Source: an uncultured Bacteroidales bacterium (lineage in GTDB: Bacteria > Bacteroidota > Bacteroidia > Bacteroidales > Prolixibacteraceae). Taken from it: a DNA stretch of 64,000 nt. The notes beneath the pieces are model-generated. The model made no database searches and was not told the DNA's origin. It saw nothing but the letters and a program-made list of their open reading frames with translations. The position numbers were made by a program, and so were the translations under genes. Of the stretch, positions 17,669 through 28,521 are shown one piece after another. The stretch is from positions 2,664,583 to 2,728,582 of the forward strand of contig OW818689.1 of NCBI GenBank assembly GCA_942493325.1, in the 5' to 3' direction. Each line of letters opens with the position of its first letter. The first letter of the stretch is position 1.

Positions 17669-19036
17669 TTATTCTGTAATCCCTTTGAATTTAATTTGCT
17701 GGGGTAATTTATTATCCATTGCAGCCAGTGCCGCAACCTGACCCGCGGTTTCACCCATCGCTACTGCATTTCCGGTAACCCGGTAGCTGGCGTGGGCAAA
17801 AAAATCACCGCTGATACATCTTCCGGCCATCATAAGGCCATTGACATCTTTGGCAATAAGCGAACGCAATGGAATGTCGTAAGGTTTTGCTCTCATGCCA
17901 TGACTGCCGTAACCACCTCCTGATTTTTTTTCCAGTGAATGCACGTCAACTGCAAATGTTGCACGGCATACAGCGTCATCAAACCGTGCCCCTTTGATTA
18001 AGTCCTCACCAGTCACTGTATAAATCCCATGAATCCGGCGGCCCTCGCGAATGCCAATTTGCGAGCCGGTAACCGCGATCCGGGCATTGGTCCAAACCCC
18101 TCCCAAAGACCGCAGTCCATTGACAATCTGGTTAACCTCACGGCGTGCTTCAATAGTGGCTTTCGAAATTTGGGCAGCATCAATGGCAGAAACTCCATAT
18201 TGATGATTGGCCATCATGGCAATCATTCCGGGGCGGACGCCAAAGAAAGTAGGCATAGTATAACTGGCATCGGTACCTCCGCGCTTAATTTCAGCATGGA
18301 GTTTTCGTTTCGAATCCTCGGATGTTTGTCCCCTGACACCCATTATTCCTTCAGCAACCAATGCTTTTTCGTCGAGACCGACCAGGATAGCCATCAACGA
18401 CATGGGCTGAGTTTTCCCCGTTTCAGGATGACCATAATCAAAGCCACATCCCGCCTGGGCCGCCAGATCGCCGTTTCCTGTTGCATCAATAAATACTTTG
18501 GCTTTCCAGGCTTCGCGACCAGAAAAACTTTCGGTTACGATATGCTCCAGCCTGTTGCCTGCGCCTTTGTAAGCAGCCGTAACCCTGGTGTGCAACCGGA
18601 TTTCAACTCCGGCTTCGAGGCACATCTGGTCAAGGATAAATTTCATCAGTTCACAATCATAAACTTTGGCCGAATACTGGGCATCGCTTTTTTCAAGTCG
18701 CTGAACCAGCTCCTTCATGATACCTGGCTTGTTTTGATAGTCGATGAGGTTATTCAGCAAGCCGGCCGTCCATACTCCACCAAGGCATCCGTGATATTCG
18801 ATCAGCGTGGTTTTTGCTCCCCCGCGTGCAGAGGCAATAGCCGCGGCAATTCCGGCAGGACCACCACCACAAACAATCACATCGGATTCATTTACGACAG
18901 GCAATAATCGCGATGGTTCTTTAAATCCTGAAGCTTTTTCAGCAAAGGATCCGGCACCTATAGCCACCCCACAGAATGGTGTGACAGTACCCAGCAGTGC
19001 CCCGGCTTTTAAAAAATTACGTCTGTTGGTAGTCAT
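17669..19036 (-). CDS. FAD-dependent oxidoreductase with Tat signal
   Basis: 455 aa. Twin-arginine signal MTTNRRNFLKAGALLG. Dinucleotide fold DVIVCGGGPAGIAAAIASARGG. Confidence 0.8.
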   Translation of the reverse strand: MTTNRRNFLKAGALLGTVTPFCGVAIGAGSFAEKASGFKEPSRLLPVVNESDVIVCGGGPAGIAAAIASARGGAKTTLIEYHGCLGGVWTAGLLNNLIDYQNKPGIMKELVQRLEKSDAQYSAKVYDCELMKFILDQMCLEAGVEIRLHTRVTAAYKGAGNRLEHIVTESFSGREAWKAKVFIDATGNGDLAAQAGCGFDYGHPETGKTQPMSLMAILVGLDEKALVAEGIMGVRGQTSEDSKRKLHAEIKRGGTDASYTMPTFFGVRPGMIAMMANHQYGVSAIDAAQISKATIEARREVNQIVNGLRSLGGVWTNARIAVTGSQIGIREGRRIHGIYTVTGEDLIKGARFDDAVCRATFAVDVHSLEKKSGGGYGSHGMRAKPYDIPLRSLIAKDVNGLMMAGRCISGDFFAHASYRVTGNAVAMGETAGQVAALAAMDNKLPQQIKFKGITE

Positions 19037-19128
19037 TGAGGATCATTTTGCACAAATATATTAAATAATACAGGCGATAATTAATTGGAGCTGTCAGGAT
19101 TTAAAAGAAAATCACAGGCATATCAATC

Positions 19129-19163
19129 CCACAAATCATAAATCACAAATCATAAATCACAAA
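19129..19163. repeat. 14-bp tandem repeat x2.5
   Basis: CACAAATCATAAAT CACAAATCATAAAT CACAAAT, in the divergent intergenic region. Confidence 0.75.
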
Positions 19164-19289
19164 TTTTTGTCTTTTCCGGAATATTCTCCTGCAAAATATT
19201 GTAACTTTATTCGCTGACACTACGTGGCTTTTGAGGCTGTTTAGATACTATTTTTTAGTTGACTTTTTAACTTTTTAATAACTAACACA

Positions 19290-19799
19290 ATGCCCGTAAA
19301 AAAATTAAAAGAATTTCTCGATGCGAATAATGTTAAGTATATAACGATTCGACATTCGATGGCCTTTAAATCTCAGGAAATCGCAGCTAGTACTCATATT
19401 TCCGGGAAAGAAGTAGCAAAGACAGTGATAATTACAATCGATGGAAAAATGGCAATGGCCGTTCTCCCGGCTTCCTATCATATCGATTTTGACAGTCTAA
19501 AGCAAATATTCGGAACCAAAAATGTGTTACTGGCAACTGAAACTGAATTCAGGTTTCGATTCCCCGATTGTGAGATAGGAGCAATGCCACCTTTCGGCAA
19601 TCTTTACGATATGGAAGTCTATGTAGCCGAACAGCTCACCGAAGACAAGGAGATTGCCTTCAATGCCGGCTCCCATACCGAATTAATAAGATTAAAATAC
19701 GAGGATTTTGAACGTCTGGTAAAACCCCGGATTTTCAAGTTTTCGAGGAAAAATGTTACTTTTCCGGGTGACCCCGGCGAAAGGTGGCAGGATAATTAA
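19290..19799 (+). CDS. YbaK/EbsC-type aminoacyl-tRNA deacylase domain protein
   Basis: 169 aa. H.SGKEVAKTVII..DGKMAMAVLPASYHIDF..L and EIGAMPPFGNLY are typical of the YbaK/ProX fold. Confidence 0.75.
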   Translation: MPVKKLKEFLDANNVKYITIRHSMAFKSQEIAASTHISGKEVAKTVIITIDGKMAMAVLPASYHIDFDSLKQIFGTKNVLLATETEFRFRFPDCEIGAMPPFGNLYDMEVYVAEQLTEDKEIAFNAGSHTELIRLKYEDFERLVKPRIFKFSRKNVTFPGDPGERWQDN

Positions 19800-19845
19800 T
19801 CGATTGATTTCCTGTTTTTATCCACCATTCCTCATCCGCTAACAA

Positions 19846-19884
19846 CAGGTGTCTCAAACAAAAATATTTGAGACACCTGATTTT
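19846..19884 (+). terminator. Rho-independent terminator
   Basis: 13-bp stem CAGGTGTCTCAAA / TTTGAGACACCTG with an 8-nt loop, followed by ATTTT. Confidence 0.65.
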
Positions 19885-20023
19885 AAAGTATTAAAGATCT
19901 TTATTTAAGGTCCCGGGGCATTTTATGCGCATCAGATTACCGGGTTCAAAACTGGGTATAACCCTTTTGGAATCTGGCAGGGTTCCAACATCATACTTAC
20001 TCAAAAGATTGTTTAGCCTTTTG

Positions 20024-20206
20024 TTAGACGACAAAGTGCTTAAAGGTCTCATAGACAAAAATTGCCGGCCAGACCACTGCTTTTAAAAAGCCGATCACTC
20101 CGATCCAAAAAGTGGTGGCATGAGAAATAAAATAAATGGCAGCACCGATAAATCCCAATCCGTAAACTGCACCGGAGGATGCATTTCCCTTAATCTCATT
20201 TTTCAT
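20024..20206 (-). CDS. Small conserved membrane protein (2 TM)
   Basis: 60 aa. SGAVYGLGFIGAAIYFISHATTFWIGVIGFLKAVVWPAIFVYE is a pattern I recall from a widespread small-protein family. Confidence 0.55.
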   Translation of the reverse strand: MKNEIKGNASSGAVYGLGFIGAAIYFISHATTFWIGVIGFLKAVVWPAIFVYETFKHFVV

Positions 20207-20538
20207 TTTAATACTATTTAGGTTTACAATATTTTAGAATATCATAAGGTAAAAATACATTTTTTTGATTTTTAAAATATGTATTTATAAAGAAATTCCT
20301 GGTATGTATTTGACCTTCATTGTGTAGGTCTCCTGTATGGCAGAAAGACAATTAACTAACCCGAATGTTTGCAGAATTACAAAAACAATGCATCTCAATT
20401 TTTTACTTAATTTTGGTCTGAACAGTCATAAAAACCAACTTCATGGACAAGGTTAACAAAGAGATTTTACCAGTAGTTTACAGACAAATCAGGGTTCGGA
20501 TATCAGATTCAGATAAAACTCAGCATCACAGGCTACGG

Positions 20539-22959
20539 ATGAGAATCTACCTGCTTCTCCCCATTGTGTTATTGTTCCTGTTCGTTGGGAAAGCAACATC
20601 TCAGCCAACAAAATCGCGGTGGTGGTCCGATGCCACAGAATTGTCGCTTGAAAAATCGGGTACCAACCGCCAGGAACTGGTAAGAGCACTCGACCGGGCA
20701 CCAATAAATCAACGTGAAGGAATACAGTTCCTCGTTGAACATATGCCCCTTCGGGATTTGCAGACACTCCCGGCTGATTATTTACAGGAAAATCTTACGA
20801 TGGCTTACAAAGCTTTTGAGGAAGCACCATGGTCGTCAGGTATTCCCAAAGATATATTTTTAAATGATGTCCTTCCCTATGCGAGTACTACCGAGTCACG
20901 CGACAACTGGCGCAAGCGGCTTTATGAAATTTGCCGGCCGTTGGTAAAAAACGCTAAAACATCCTCAGAAGCCTGCCGGATTCTGAATGAACAAATCTTT
21001 ACGCTACTCAACGTGAAATACTCCACAAAACGTCGTGTAGCCGACCAGGGGCCACTCGAAACGATAGAGACCGGCATTGCAACTTGCACAGGATTGTCCA
21101 TTCTTCTGGTTGACGCCTGTCGTTCGGTTGGCGTACCGGCACGCATTGCAGGAACTCCGCTTTGGAGCAATAACAGCGGGAACCATACATGGATTGAGGT
21201 CTGGGATGGCGACTGGCTGTTCACAGGAGCCGCCGAGCAGAGTCCCGAGGGGTTTAATCGCGGCTGGTTTGTCGGCAATGCATCCACGGCGATAAAAGAC
21301 GACCGAAGGCGTGCCATTTACGCGGGTAGTTTCAAAAAAACAGGGCTGACATTCCCTATGACCTGGGCGAGAGATGCTGACTATGTTAATGCTGTCAATG
21401 TTACCGATCGCTATACCGCCGGGGCAAAACCCGAAGTCGTCACCGGACTGCGACTAATGCTTGATGTTTTTGACCAGCCTGTCGGTAAACGCATGGCAGC
21501 CAAAGTAACAGTAACCGATGCCGCAAACCAAACCGTACGATTCGAAGGAATCAGTAAAGGCGATACGGCTGACATGAACGACCACCTGTTTTTCCATCTG
21601 CCATTGCAGAAGACCTATATTGTGGAAGTGGAACATAAAAATCAAAAGATTCGCCAAAATTATACGTCGGGAACTGATTCCGAAGATAAACTGCCCGTAT
21701 TTCTGGGCGGCATCCCTCCGGTCACTGCACCATCCGCAAATCGTTATACTCCATCACCGGTAATCAAACTCATCGGAACCAATACAAAGGCCAGGCTTAA
21801 AGAAGCACTTGCTGCATTCTTCATAGCATCTTCCAGCGAACAGGCGAACTGGAAATTTCCGGGAAGCCTTGAAAAACTGCTTCGTATCAATGAACCGTCA
21901 GTGCGCCACGCAGCGTGGGAAATATACAGGAAGGCGCCCATTCATGATTCACTCCGGAAGGATTTTGAATCGAATAAAGTTAGCTCCGGAAATCATGTAA
22001 GTCCGTACACGGTTAAGACTGTTGGAATCCGCCCTCCCAATGGCTGGGCTTTGTTCATTGCCATGCACGGCGGCGGCGGTGTACCCCAGGAATTCAACGA
22101 CAGGCAGTGGAAACATATGCAGATCTACTATCGTGATCATCCCGAAGCCGGGGGATATATCTACGTGGCTTTACGGGCACCCGATAATACATGGAATGGT
22201 TTTTACACCGGGTATACTTATCCTCTGATCCAAAATCTCCTGCGCCAGTTTATGCTTTTCGGCGATGTTGATCCCGGCAAAAAGTTTATCATGGGATACT
22301 CTCACGGCGGTTATGGTGCGTTTGCTATTGGTCCAAAGATGCCTGACCATTTCGCGGCAATTCATGCAAGTGCCGCGGCGCCGGCAGACGGAGCGGTACC
22401 ACTGACTCTGCGGAACACTGTATTTACTACCATGGTTGGCGCAAAGGATACCATGTATGGCCGCTATCGGCGCATTCTGAAATTTGAGAATGATGTTAAA
22501 CAGTTGCGTGGCGCACGGACTGATATCTATCCTGTGACAGTGCAGGTTGTGGAAGACCACCCTCATTCCGGATTACCTGACAGGGATAAGGTTGCAGAGA
22601 TGTACCCCAATGTGCGGAATCCCGTGCCAGCTGAACTCACATGGTTGCTGAGTGACAGTGTCATTACTGACTTTTTCTGGCTCCATGTACCCTCTCCGGA
22701 AACGGGAAAGAAACTGGATGTCACCTGCAGCAATAATCAGTTGAAGGTAAAAACAGATCTTGCTTCCGCTTCCATTCTTTTGGACAGCCGGCTTATCGAC
22801 TTCAACAGACCTGTCATACTCGATCTTAACGGCGCGATCAGCAAACACAAACTGAAACCGGGTCTGCGCACCCTCTGTGAAACAATGCAGCGACGCGGCG
22901 ATCCGGATCTAGCGTTTACTTCAGGGTTAATAGTACAACCCAAAAGGGCAAGGCCCTGA
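20539..22959 (+). CDS. Transglutaminase-like cysteine protease domain fused to an alpha/beta-hydrolase (GxSxG) domain, secreted
   Basis: The preferred start is the ATG at 20539 (MRIYLLLPIVLLFLFVGKATSQ signal peptide); the track start is 20443. Transglutaminase core GIATCTGLSILLVDACRSVGVPAR. C-terminal hydrolase nucleophile elbow IMGYSHGGYGA. Confidence 0.75.
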   Translation: MRIYLLLPIVLLFLFVGKATSQPTKSRWWSDATELSLEKSGTNRQELVRALDRAPINQREGIQFLVEHMPLRDLQTLPADYLQENLTMAYKAFEEAPWSSGIPKDIFLNDVLPYASTTESRDNWRKRLYEICRPLVKNAKTSSEACRILNEQIFTLLNVKYSTKRRVADQGPLETIETGIATCTGLSILLVDACRSVGVPARIAGTPLWSNNSGNHTWIEVWDGDWLFTGAAEQSPEGFNRGWFVGNASTAIKDDRRRAIYAGSFKKTGLTFPMTWARDADYVNAVNVTDRYTAGAKPEVVTGLRLMLDVFDQPVGKRMAAKVTVTDAANQTVRFEGISKGDTADMNDHLFFHLPLQKTYIVEVEHKNQKIRQNYTSGTDSEDKLPVFLGGIPPVTAPSANRYTPSPVIKLIGTNTKARLKEALAAFFIASSSEQANWKFPGSLEKLLRINEPSVRHAAWEIYRKAPIHDSLRKDFESNKVSSGNHVSPYTVKTVGIRPPNGWALFIAMHGGGGVPQEFNDRQWKHMQIYYRDHPEAGGYIYVALRAPDNTWNGFYTGYTYPLIQNLLRQFMLFGDVDPGKKFIMGYSHGGYGAFAIGPKMPDHFAAIHASAAAPADGAVPLTLRNTVFTTMVGAKDTMYGRYRRILKFENDVKQLRGARTDIYPVTVQVVEDHPHSGLPDRDKVAEMYPNVRNPVPAELTWLLSDSVITDFFWLHVPSPETGKKLDVTCSNNQLKVKTDLASASILLDSRLIDFNRPVILDLNGAISKHKLKPGLRTLCETMQRRGDPDLAFTSGLIVQPKRARP

Positions 22960-23037
22960 AATCCAATTCAAAAGACCTTCGTAATTCAAATTAAGATTTG
23001 AATCATATTGAGATGGTGTCTGAGGGATCACCAATGT

Positions 23038-23451
23038 TTATTTCTTATGAAATTTCGAAATAATTTTATGGTTACCTTCCTGGGAAGAACGTCTCAGAAT
23101 CAGCGTGTCATTATTTACTTCATAACTGTACTTCATATCGATAGTATCCCCTTTTATCTGAAGTTTAACGATTAAATCAGGCCCCGAAGTACGCCAGATT
23201 CCTTCATAAGAAGTCATTGTTTTGGTTGGGTCCATATTACTGGACTGCTTAAATTTACCCGTTTTAAGAAAATCCAGTTCCCATATCGCTTTGTGTTCCT
23301 TTATATATTCGGGAGATCTTTTGAGAGTATCGTTATAATCAATGTTAATAAGTTCAGTAAGGTTCCAGATACCTTCAAGGGCAGTTTCCTGTGCGTTTAA
23401 AACAGAGAAACTGATAACGCATAACAATAAAAAAACAGAAGTTTTCATCAT
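23038..23451 (-). CDS. Hypothetical secreted protein (lipocalin-like size and pattern)
   Basis: 137 aa. Signal peptide MMKTSVFLLLCVISFSVLNAQ. No firm domain call. Confidence 0.5.
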   Translation of the reverse strand: MMKTSVFLLLCVISFSVLNAQETALEGIWNLTELINIDYNDTLKRSPEYIKEHKAIWELDFLKTGKFKQSSNMDPTKTMTSYEGIWRTSGPDLIVKLQIKGDTIDMKYSYEVNNDTLILRRSSQEGNHKIISKFHKK

Positions 23452-23493
23452 TATTAAGGTTTAAAATTCTACGAAATTTACAAAAAGCCGGAT

Positions 23494-24162
23494 TCACCGC
23501 AAAAATATTTCAAATAATTTAACCGGTGTTATTTCAGTAAATGACATGATCTTGTAATCAGCCATCGAAAGTTGATTCATCATGGCATTGTTCGGTTGAA
23601 GGACTACACAATACATCCCTGCATTTTTTGCCGACAGCAGGCCATTCGGCGAATCTTCAAAAACGACACAATCAGCCGGAGCAACACCTATCTTGTGAGC
23701 AGCCAGAAAATAGACATCAGGTTCAGGCTTACTTTTTCCAGCCTCACTGGCGGTAACGACAGCATCAAAAAAGGAGGTAATTCCACATCTCTCCAAAATC
23801 AGCTTTGCTATTTCAGGCGATGAAGAGGTGGCCACGGCCAGTTTAATTCCTGCTGCCTTAAGACCGGTAAGCAGGCTAAGGATACCTTCATTCAGGTGAA
23901 TTACCTCCAAATTTTTAAAATAATCGTACCGGAATAATTCATCCATCTCCATAAGGTCCACAACTGACGCAGCCAGGTTAAATCTCGATTTCAGATCGGC
24001 ATACATAAAATCACCGGAAGTTCCCATATAGGTATGGTGTACATCCTTCGGTACCACAATTTTTAATCCTGCGAAAAGCCTTCTTTCAATTTCGCAATGG
24101 ATCGGCTCGCTGTCAACCAGGACGCCATCCATATCAAAAATCACCGCCTTTGGTTTTGTCAT
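23494..24162 (-). CDS. HAD-superfamily hydrolase (beta-phosphoglucomutase-like subfamily IA)
   Basis: Start taken at MTKPKAVIFDMDGVLVDSEP (DxDG motif I). Also VATSS (motif II) and FEDSPNG (motif IV). The track start is 24204. Confidence 0.85.
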   Translation of the reverse strand: MTKPKAVIFDMDGVLVDSEPIHCEIERRLFAGLKIVVPKDVHHTYMGTSGDFMYADLKSRFNLAASVVDLMEMDELFRYDYFKNLEVIHLNEGILSLLTGLKAAGIKLAVATSSSPEIAKLILERCGITSFFDAVVTASEAGKSKPEPDVYFLAAHKIGVAPADCVVFEDSPNGLLSAKNAGMYCVVLQPNNAMMNQLSMADYKIMSFTEITPVKLFEIFLR

Positions 24163-24288
24163 AAATTTATCCTTAACTTTATTCCGCCTGATTCCGCCTG
24201 CCAATTTAGTTCTAAAGTTCGGATTTTTCCATTAATTTAGGCTTTGCTTCTTAAAGTAAATAATTGTAATACTGAAATCGACAACTGA

Positions 24289-26298
24289 TTGAAGGCCTCA
24301 CTACTTACATACCGTTCTATTTCGACCCTCATGATCTTGTTATCATGCCATTTTGTTCCTGAACTGATCTCCAGGGCAAATGGTGCGATATCCATCGTTA
24401 TCCCTGATTCAATTGCTTTCCAACCTCAACCCATTTCTTCAGATTTCGGTTTACCTGAAAATTCACCGGCAGCCGGCAAAACCGATGACGATTATATTAA
24501 ACCCCGCTTCACAAAATTATCAGTTGGATTAATTGATGATACCATCCGCAAATCTACTGAGATAAATAAAGATCAGCTCAACAAGCAACAATTATCGGCT
24601 TTAAAAAGCAAGTATGACAATAATTTTATAACGCGAAATTTATTTTCACTGATTATTAAGGAAAATCAGCCCTCCAAAGAACAGATGGCAGTGAGCAGTT
24701 CGCTTTATTTTGCTCCATTTACCGGTAAAAAAATAGGAAAAATCCGCATTCAACAGCTCGAAGTTTTCGGACCCACTTTTCAGGATACCACCAGGCAGGC
24801 TACGGGTTGGTTAGGAAAAACCGCAAATACGATTCATAAAAAAACAACCGAACGAAAGTTGCTGATGTTATTGCTCTTTAACCCCGGAGAAAAAGTAAAT
24901 CCGCAATTAATGGCTGAGAATGAGAAGATTATTCGTGATCAACCCTATATCCAGGATGTTACCATTACACTTTCTTATCCTGAACAAAATCATGATACGG
25001 TGGATGTTTTAGTGATGATTAAGGAACGATTTGAATACGGGATAGGTGGGAGATTAAACTCAAAATCAGCAGAACTGAAGATTGTTGATCAAAATATGTT
25101 CGGAATTGGTCACCAGTTTTCGGCTAAAATGGTCTATTATCAACCGGAACGCCCTCATTGGGGTGGTAGTTTCGACTATATTATCAGTGATTTGGGAGGG
25201 AAGTTCATCCGGACCGGCCTGGGATATACCAATACCTACCGAAGCAACGGGTGGAATGCATTCCTGGACAAACAATTTATCGCATCCAAAGTCGACTGGG
25301 CGGGAGGAATTTCCCTTCAACGATTTTTTTCAGACCGTTACCTGAATCCATATTCGTATAGGTGGCTAGATACTGCGGCCTCCTATTTCAATTCTGATAT
25401 CTGGTACGGAAGATTACTTACCAACCGGAATATCTACTCTACCCTTGGAAATTTGGTCGTGGCAGGGAGGTATCTGCATCAAACCTTTTACCATGACAGG
25501 GCTGAACCTGCCGTGAACACCCTTTACAGAAACCATGATTTCATTATTGGCTCAATCGGAATAAGTAAGCGTTACCTGTTTAAAAATAACCGGATCTATG
25601 GTTATGGCATTACCGAGGATATTCCTTATGGTCGGTTTGCCGAGCTGGCACTTGGATATGATATTGACGCCCAACGAACCCGTCCCTATGTTCATCTGCG
25701 GTATTCGAAAGCAAATATTCTGCCGGGGGGAGCATACTTTAAATGGCAGGTCAGTGCCGGGGGGTTTATCAGCAGTTCACAATGGGAACAGGGAGCAATA
25801 TCAATGAGTACAAACTATTTTACCCGGCTGGTCTACATCAACAGACAGCCTTACCGTTTTTTCATCAATATGGAACTGTTAAGCGGTATTAACCGCTTTA
25901 AAGAGGAGTACCTTGTAATTAACCGAAGATTCGGTATCCGGGATTTTTATTCGAGGGAAACCAGGGGTATTAACCGTTTAAAAATCAATGCAGAATCAGT
26001 CAGATTTCTGGGATGGAACTATGCCGGTTTCAGATTCGCCAATTACTTTTTTGCAGATGCTGCATTTCTTTCGAATGATTTACACACAATCTTCAATGAC
26101 CGGTTTTATGCAGGACTTGGGCTCGGAATCCGCGTTCACAACGAGTCGCTGATATTAAATATCCTTGAATTGAGACTAAGCTGGATTCCTTTCGCACCAA
26201 AAAACTATGATCCGTTTATCTTTAATGCCTTTGGCCAGCCTAAAGCAAAATTTGATGACTTTTTTGGAGGTAAACCCCAGGAAATCCTCTATCAGTAA
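24289..26298 (+). CDS. Putative outer-membrane beta-barrel protein (BamA/surface-antigen-like)
   Basis: 669 aa. The C-terminal two-thirds is rich in alternating aromatic/Gly beta-strand patterns (GLGYTNTYRSNGWNAF, GGISLQRFF, GLGLGIRVHN). The TTG start is uncertain, and the function is only a family-level guess. Confidence 0.5.
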   Translation: MKASLLTYRSISTLMILLSCHFVPELISRANGAISIVIPDSIAFQPQPISSDFGLPENSPAAGKTDDDYIKPRFTKLSVGLIDDTIRKSTEINKDQLNKQQLSALKSKYDNNFITRNLFSLIIKENQPSKEQMAVSSSLYFAPFTGKKIGKIRIQQLEVFGPTFQDTTRQATGWLGKTANTIHKKTTERKLLMLLLFNPGEKVNPQLMAENEKIIRDQPYIQDVTITLSYPEQNHDTVDVLVMIKERFEYGIGGRLNSKSAELKIVDQNMFGIGHQFSAKMVYYQPERPHWGGSFDYIISDLGGKFIRTGLGYTNTYRSNGWNAFLDKQFIASKVDWAGGISLQRFFSDRYLNPYSYRWLDTAASYFNSDIWYGRLLTNRNIYSTLGNLVVAGRYLHQTFYHDRAEPAVNTLYRNHDFIIGSIGISKRYLFKNNRIYGYGITEDIPYGRFAELALGYDIDAQRTRPYVHLRYSKANILPGGAYFKWQVSAGGFISSSQWEQGAISMSTNYFTRLVYINRQPYRFFINMELLSGINRFKEEYLVINRRFGIRDFYSRETRGINRLKINAESVRFLGWNYAGFRFANYFFADAAFLSNDLHTIFNDRFYAGLGLGIRVHNESLILNILELRLSWIPFAPKNYDPFIFNAFGQPKAKFDDFFGGKPQEILYQ

Positions 26299-26300
26299 TT

Positions 26301-27464
26301 TTAAAGTACGCGCTTTTTAATGGTTACTGCCTCTTTATGCGTTCCCTTGAATAATTCGAAACATCTGAAACTGCAGGCCAGCGCACCATTAAAAAGCTCA
26401 ATTTTCTTTGCCGGTTTTAATCCAACACTCTTTAATCCGTCAACCGAACTTGAGATAATCCACGCCTCAAAACCCGCAAACTTATTTTTAAGGGTATTTC
26501 CTATTGCTGTGTATAATTCGGCAATAGACTGTGGTTTCATCCTTTCACCATAGGGTGGATTGGTAATTATTATTCCCGCTTCGGATGGGGGATCAAGATC
26601 GAGAATATCCTTAACCTGCAATTCAATTACCTTTGTAAGACTTGCGTTCTTAATATTAGCCCTTGCAATTGCAATGTCTTTTGACGAAATATCGGAGCCC
26701 ATTATTTTGCCGGTGAATTCCTTTTCATAATCCCCGTTATAAATTTCGGCAAACAGTTCTTCATTAAAATCGGGCCAATGTTCAAATCCAAACGATTTAC
26801 GGTACATTCCGGGCGGGATTCCCTTTGCAATCATGGCGGCCTCGATCAGTAAGGTTCCTGATCCGCACATGGGATCGAAGAAATCTTTCTCGCCATGCCA
26901 TCCGGTCAACAGAATCATCCCGGCGGCAAGAACTTCGTTAATTGGCGCTTCCCCCTGTCCTATCCGGTAACCCCGTTTGTGAAGCGATTCACCCGAGCTG
27001 TCAAGCGACAGGATACAGTGATTATTCATCAGGTAAACATTGATCCGGATATCCGGATCATCTGCATTTACCGAAGGACGTTTGCCTGTCCGTTCACGAA
27101 ACTGGTCGGCAATTGCATCCTTCACCCTCAGGGAAGCAAACATTGAATTTACAAACATCTCACTCTGAACAGTACTGTCGATCGCAAACGACTTACCGAG
27201 GGCAAGATAATCGGTCCATGGAATATTTTTGGCGTGATCGTAGAGCTCGTCCCGATTGTTTACCTCAAATTCAGCAATTGGTTTTAGAATTTTTATGGCC
27301 GTACGAAGCTGGAAATTAGCCCTGTACAAAAGCTCCTGATCTCCCGTAAATGTTACTGCACGCCTTTCGACAGAAACAGATTCAGCACCTAATGCCCGGA
27401 TTTCATCAGCCAGAACATTTTCTAATCCTGCCAGTGTTTTGGCAACTATTTTAAACTTACTCAC
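26301..27464 (-). CDS. THUMP-domain class I SAM-dependent RNA methyltransferase (RlmL/UPF0020-like)
   Basis: 387 aa. FDPMCGSGTLLIEAA (SAM motif I) and IITNPPYGERM (motif IV). The N-terminal part is THUMP-like. Confidence 0.85.
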   Translation of the reverse strand: MSKFKIVAKTLAGLENVLADEIRALGAESVSVERRAVTFTGDQELLYRANFQLRTAIKILKPIAEFEVNNRDELYDHAKNIPWTDYLALGKSFAIDSTVQSEMFVNSMFASLRVKDAIADQFRERTGKRPSVNADDPDIRINVYLMNNHCILSLDSSGESLHKRGYRIGQGEAPINEVLAAGMILLTGWHGEKDFFDPMCGSGTLLIEAAMIAKGIPPGMYRKSFGFEHWPDFNEELFAEIYNGDYEKEFTGKIMGSDISSKDIAIARANIKNASLTKVIELQVKDILDLDPPSEAGIIITNPPYGERMKPQSIAELYTAIGNTLKNKFAGFEAWIISSSVDGLKSVGLKPAKKIELFNGALACSFRCFELFKGTHKEAVTIKKRVL

Positions 27465-27588
27465 GAATACTACCTTTTACTGATTGACAAAAAATCTACT
27501 CAGCTTGCTGAAGGTTCACTGACCTGTCATCTGTAACCTCCATCATGCGACAACAAAAGTAGTTCTTTCTGTGGATATAAATAATCGT

Positions 27589-28521
27589 TTAAATTCCGGT
27601 CCCGTTAAAAAAATCGGCATTGCGGCTCTTGTTCTGAACAACTCTTGAGTAAGCAGGCAAATCGTTCGTCACCCATATGTTCCCGCCGATCACCGAATCA
27701 TGACCGATTTTTATACGGCCAAGGATGGTTGCATTGGAATAGATAATCACATTATCCTCAACGATCGGGTGACGTGGTATTCCCTTTACAGGATTTCCAT
27801 TTTCGTCAAGTGGAAAGCTTTTGGCCCCCAGGGTTACTCCCTGGAAAAGCTTTACATTATTTCCGATAATACTTGTAGAACCAATGACTACCCCGGTACC
27901 ATGATCAATGGTAAAGTATTCACCGATAACAGCTTCAGGATTAATATCGATTCCTGTTTCAGAATGAGCCATCTCGGTGATTATTCGCGGAATGAGGGGA
28001 ACTTCAAGTAAAAACAGACCATGGGCAATGCGGTAGCTTGAAATTGCGCGGATAGCCGGGTAGCAAAAGATCACTTCCGCCACGCTGTTTGCTGCCGGAT
28101 CACCGAGATAGGCAGCATTAACGTCTGTGATAAGTACCCTTCTCAATTCGGCAAGTCCGTTTACAAATTCGGACGCATAAGTTTCTGCGGTGGCTCTTTT
28201 ACCTGTAAGGTCGCGATCCTCTTCATTTTCACAAAAACATAACCCGGCAAATATCTGTTCCGCAATTAATTCATACACTTCGTCAACAAGTACCCCCATA
28301 TAGTACGGAAGTGTTTCGGATTTCATATTGATCTCTCCAAAATACCCGGGAAAAACGATCTGCCGCACCTTTTCGACAAATAATCTTAACTTTTCTGTCG
28401 AAGGCATTGTTTCACCCGGACGGTGCCTGTGACTTAAAATATCAAACGACCGGGCATCGATTAATGACCTGACAGCAGCCTCAGTAGTCTCTATCAATTG
28501 TGTTTCATCCTTAGTTTTCAT
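27589..28521 (-). CDS. cysE: Serine O-acetyltransferase (long form)
   Basis: 310 aa. Left-handed beta-helix hexapeptide repeats ([35 protein letters not shown]). There is a 4-nt ATGA overlap with cysK. Confidence 0.85.
   Translation of the reverse strand: MKTKDETQLIETTEAAVRSLIDARSFDILSHRHRPGETMPSTEKLRLFVEKVRQIVFPGYFGEINMKSETLPYYMGVLVDEVYELIAEQIFAGLCFCENEEDRDLTGKRATAETYASEFVNGLAELRRVLITDVNAAYLGDPAANSVAEVIFCYPAIRAISSYRIAHGLFLLEVPLIPRIITEMAHSETGIDINPEAVIGEYFTIDHGTGVVIGSTSIIGNNVKLFQGVTLGAKSFPLDENGNPVKGIPRHPIVEDNVIIYSNATILGRIKIGHDSVIGGNIWVTNDLPAYSRVVQNKSRNADFFNGTGI

Noticed and set aside
18029-18907. Long antisense ORFs inside confident genes: 18029..18907 (292 aa), 37740..38285 (181 aa), 46260..46847 (195 aa), 9904..10356 (150 aa), 57393..57872 (159 aa), 22171..22566 and 20922..21317
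   Set aside because: Each is fully embedded antisense in a gene with clear family motifs. Their translations are compositionally odd (Ser/Arg/Pro-rich or low complexity) and carry no motifs.
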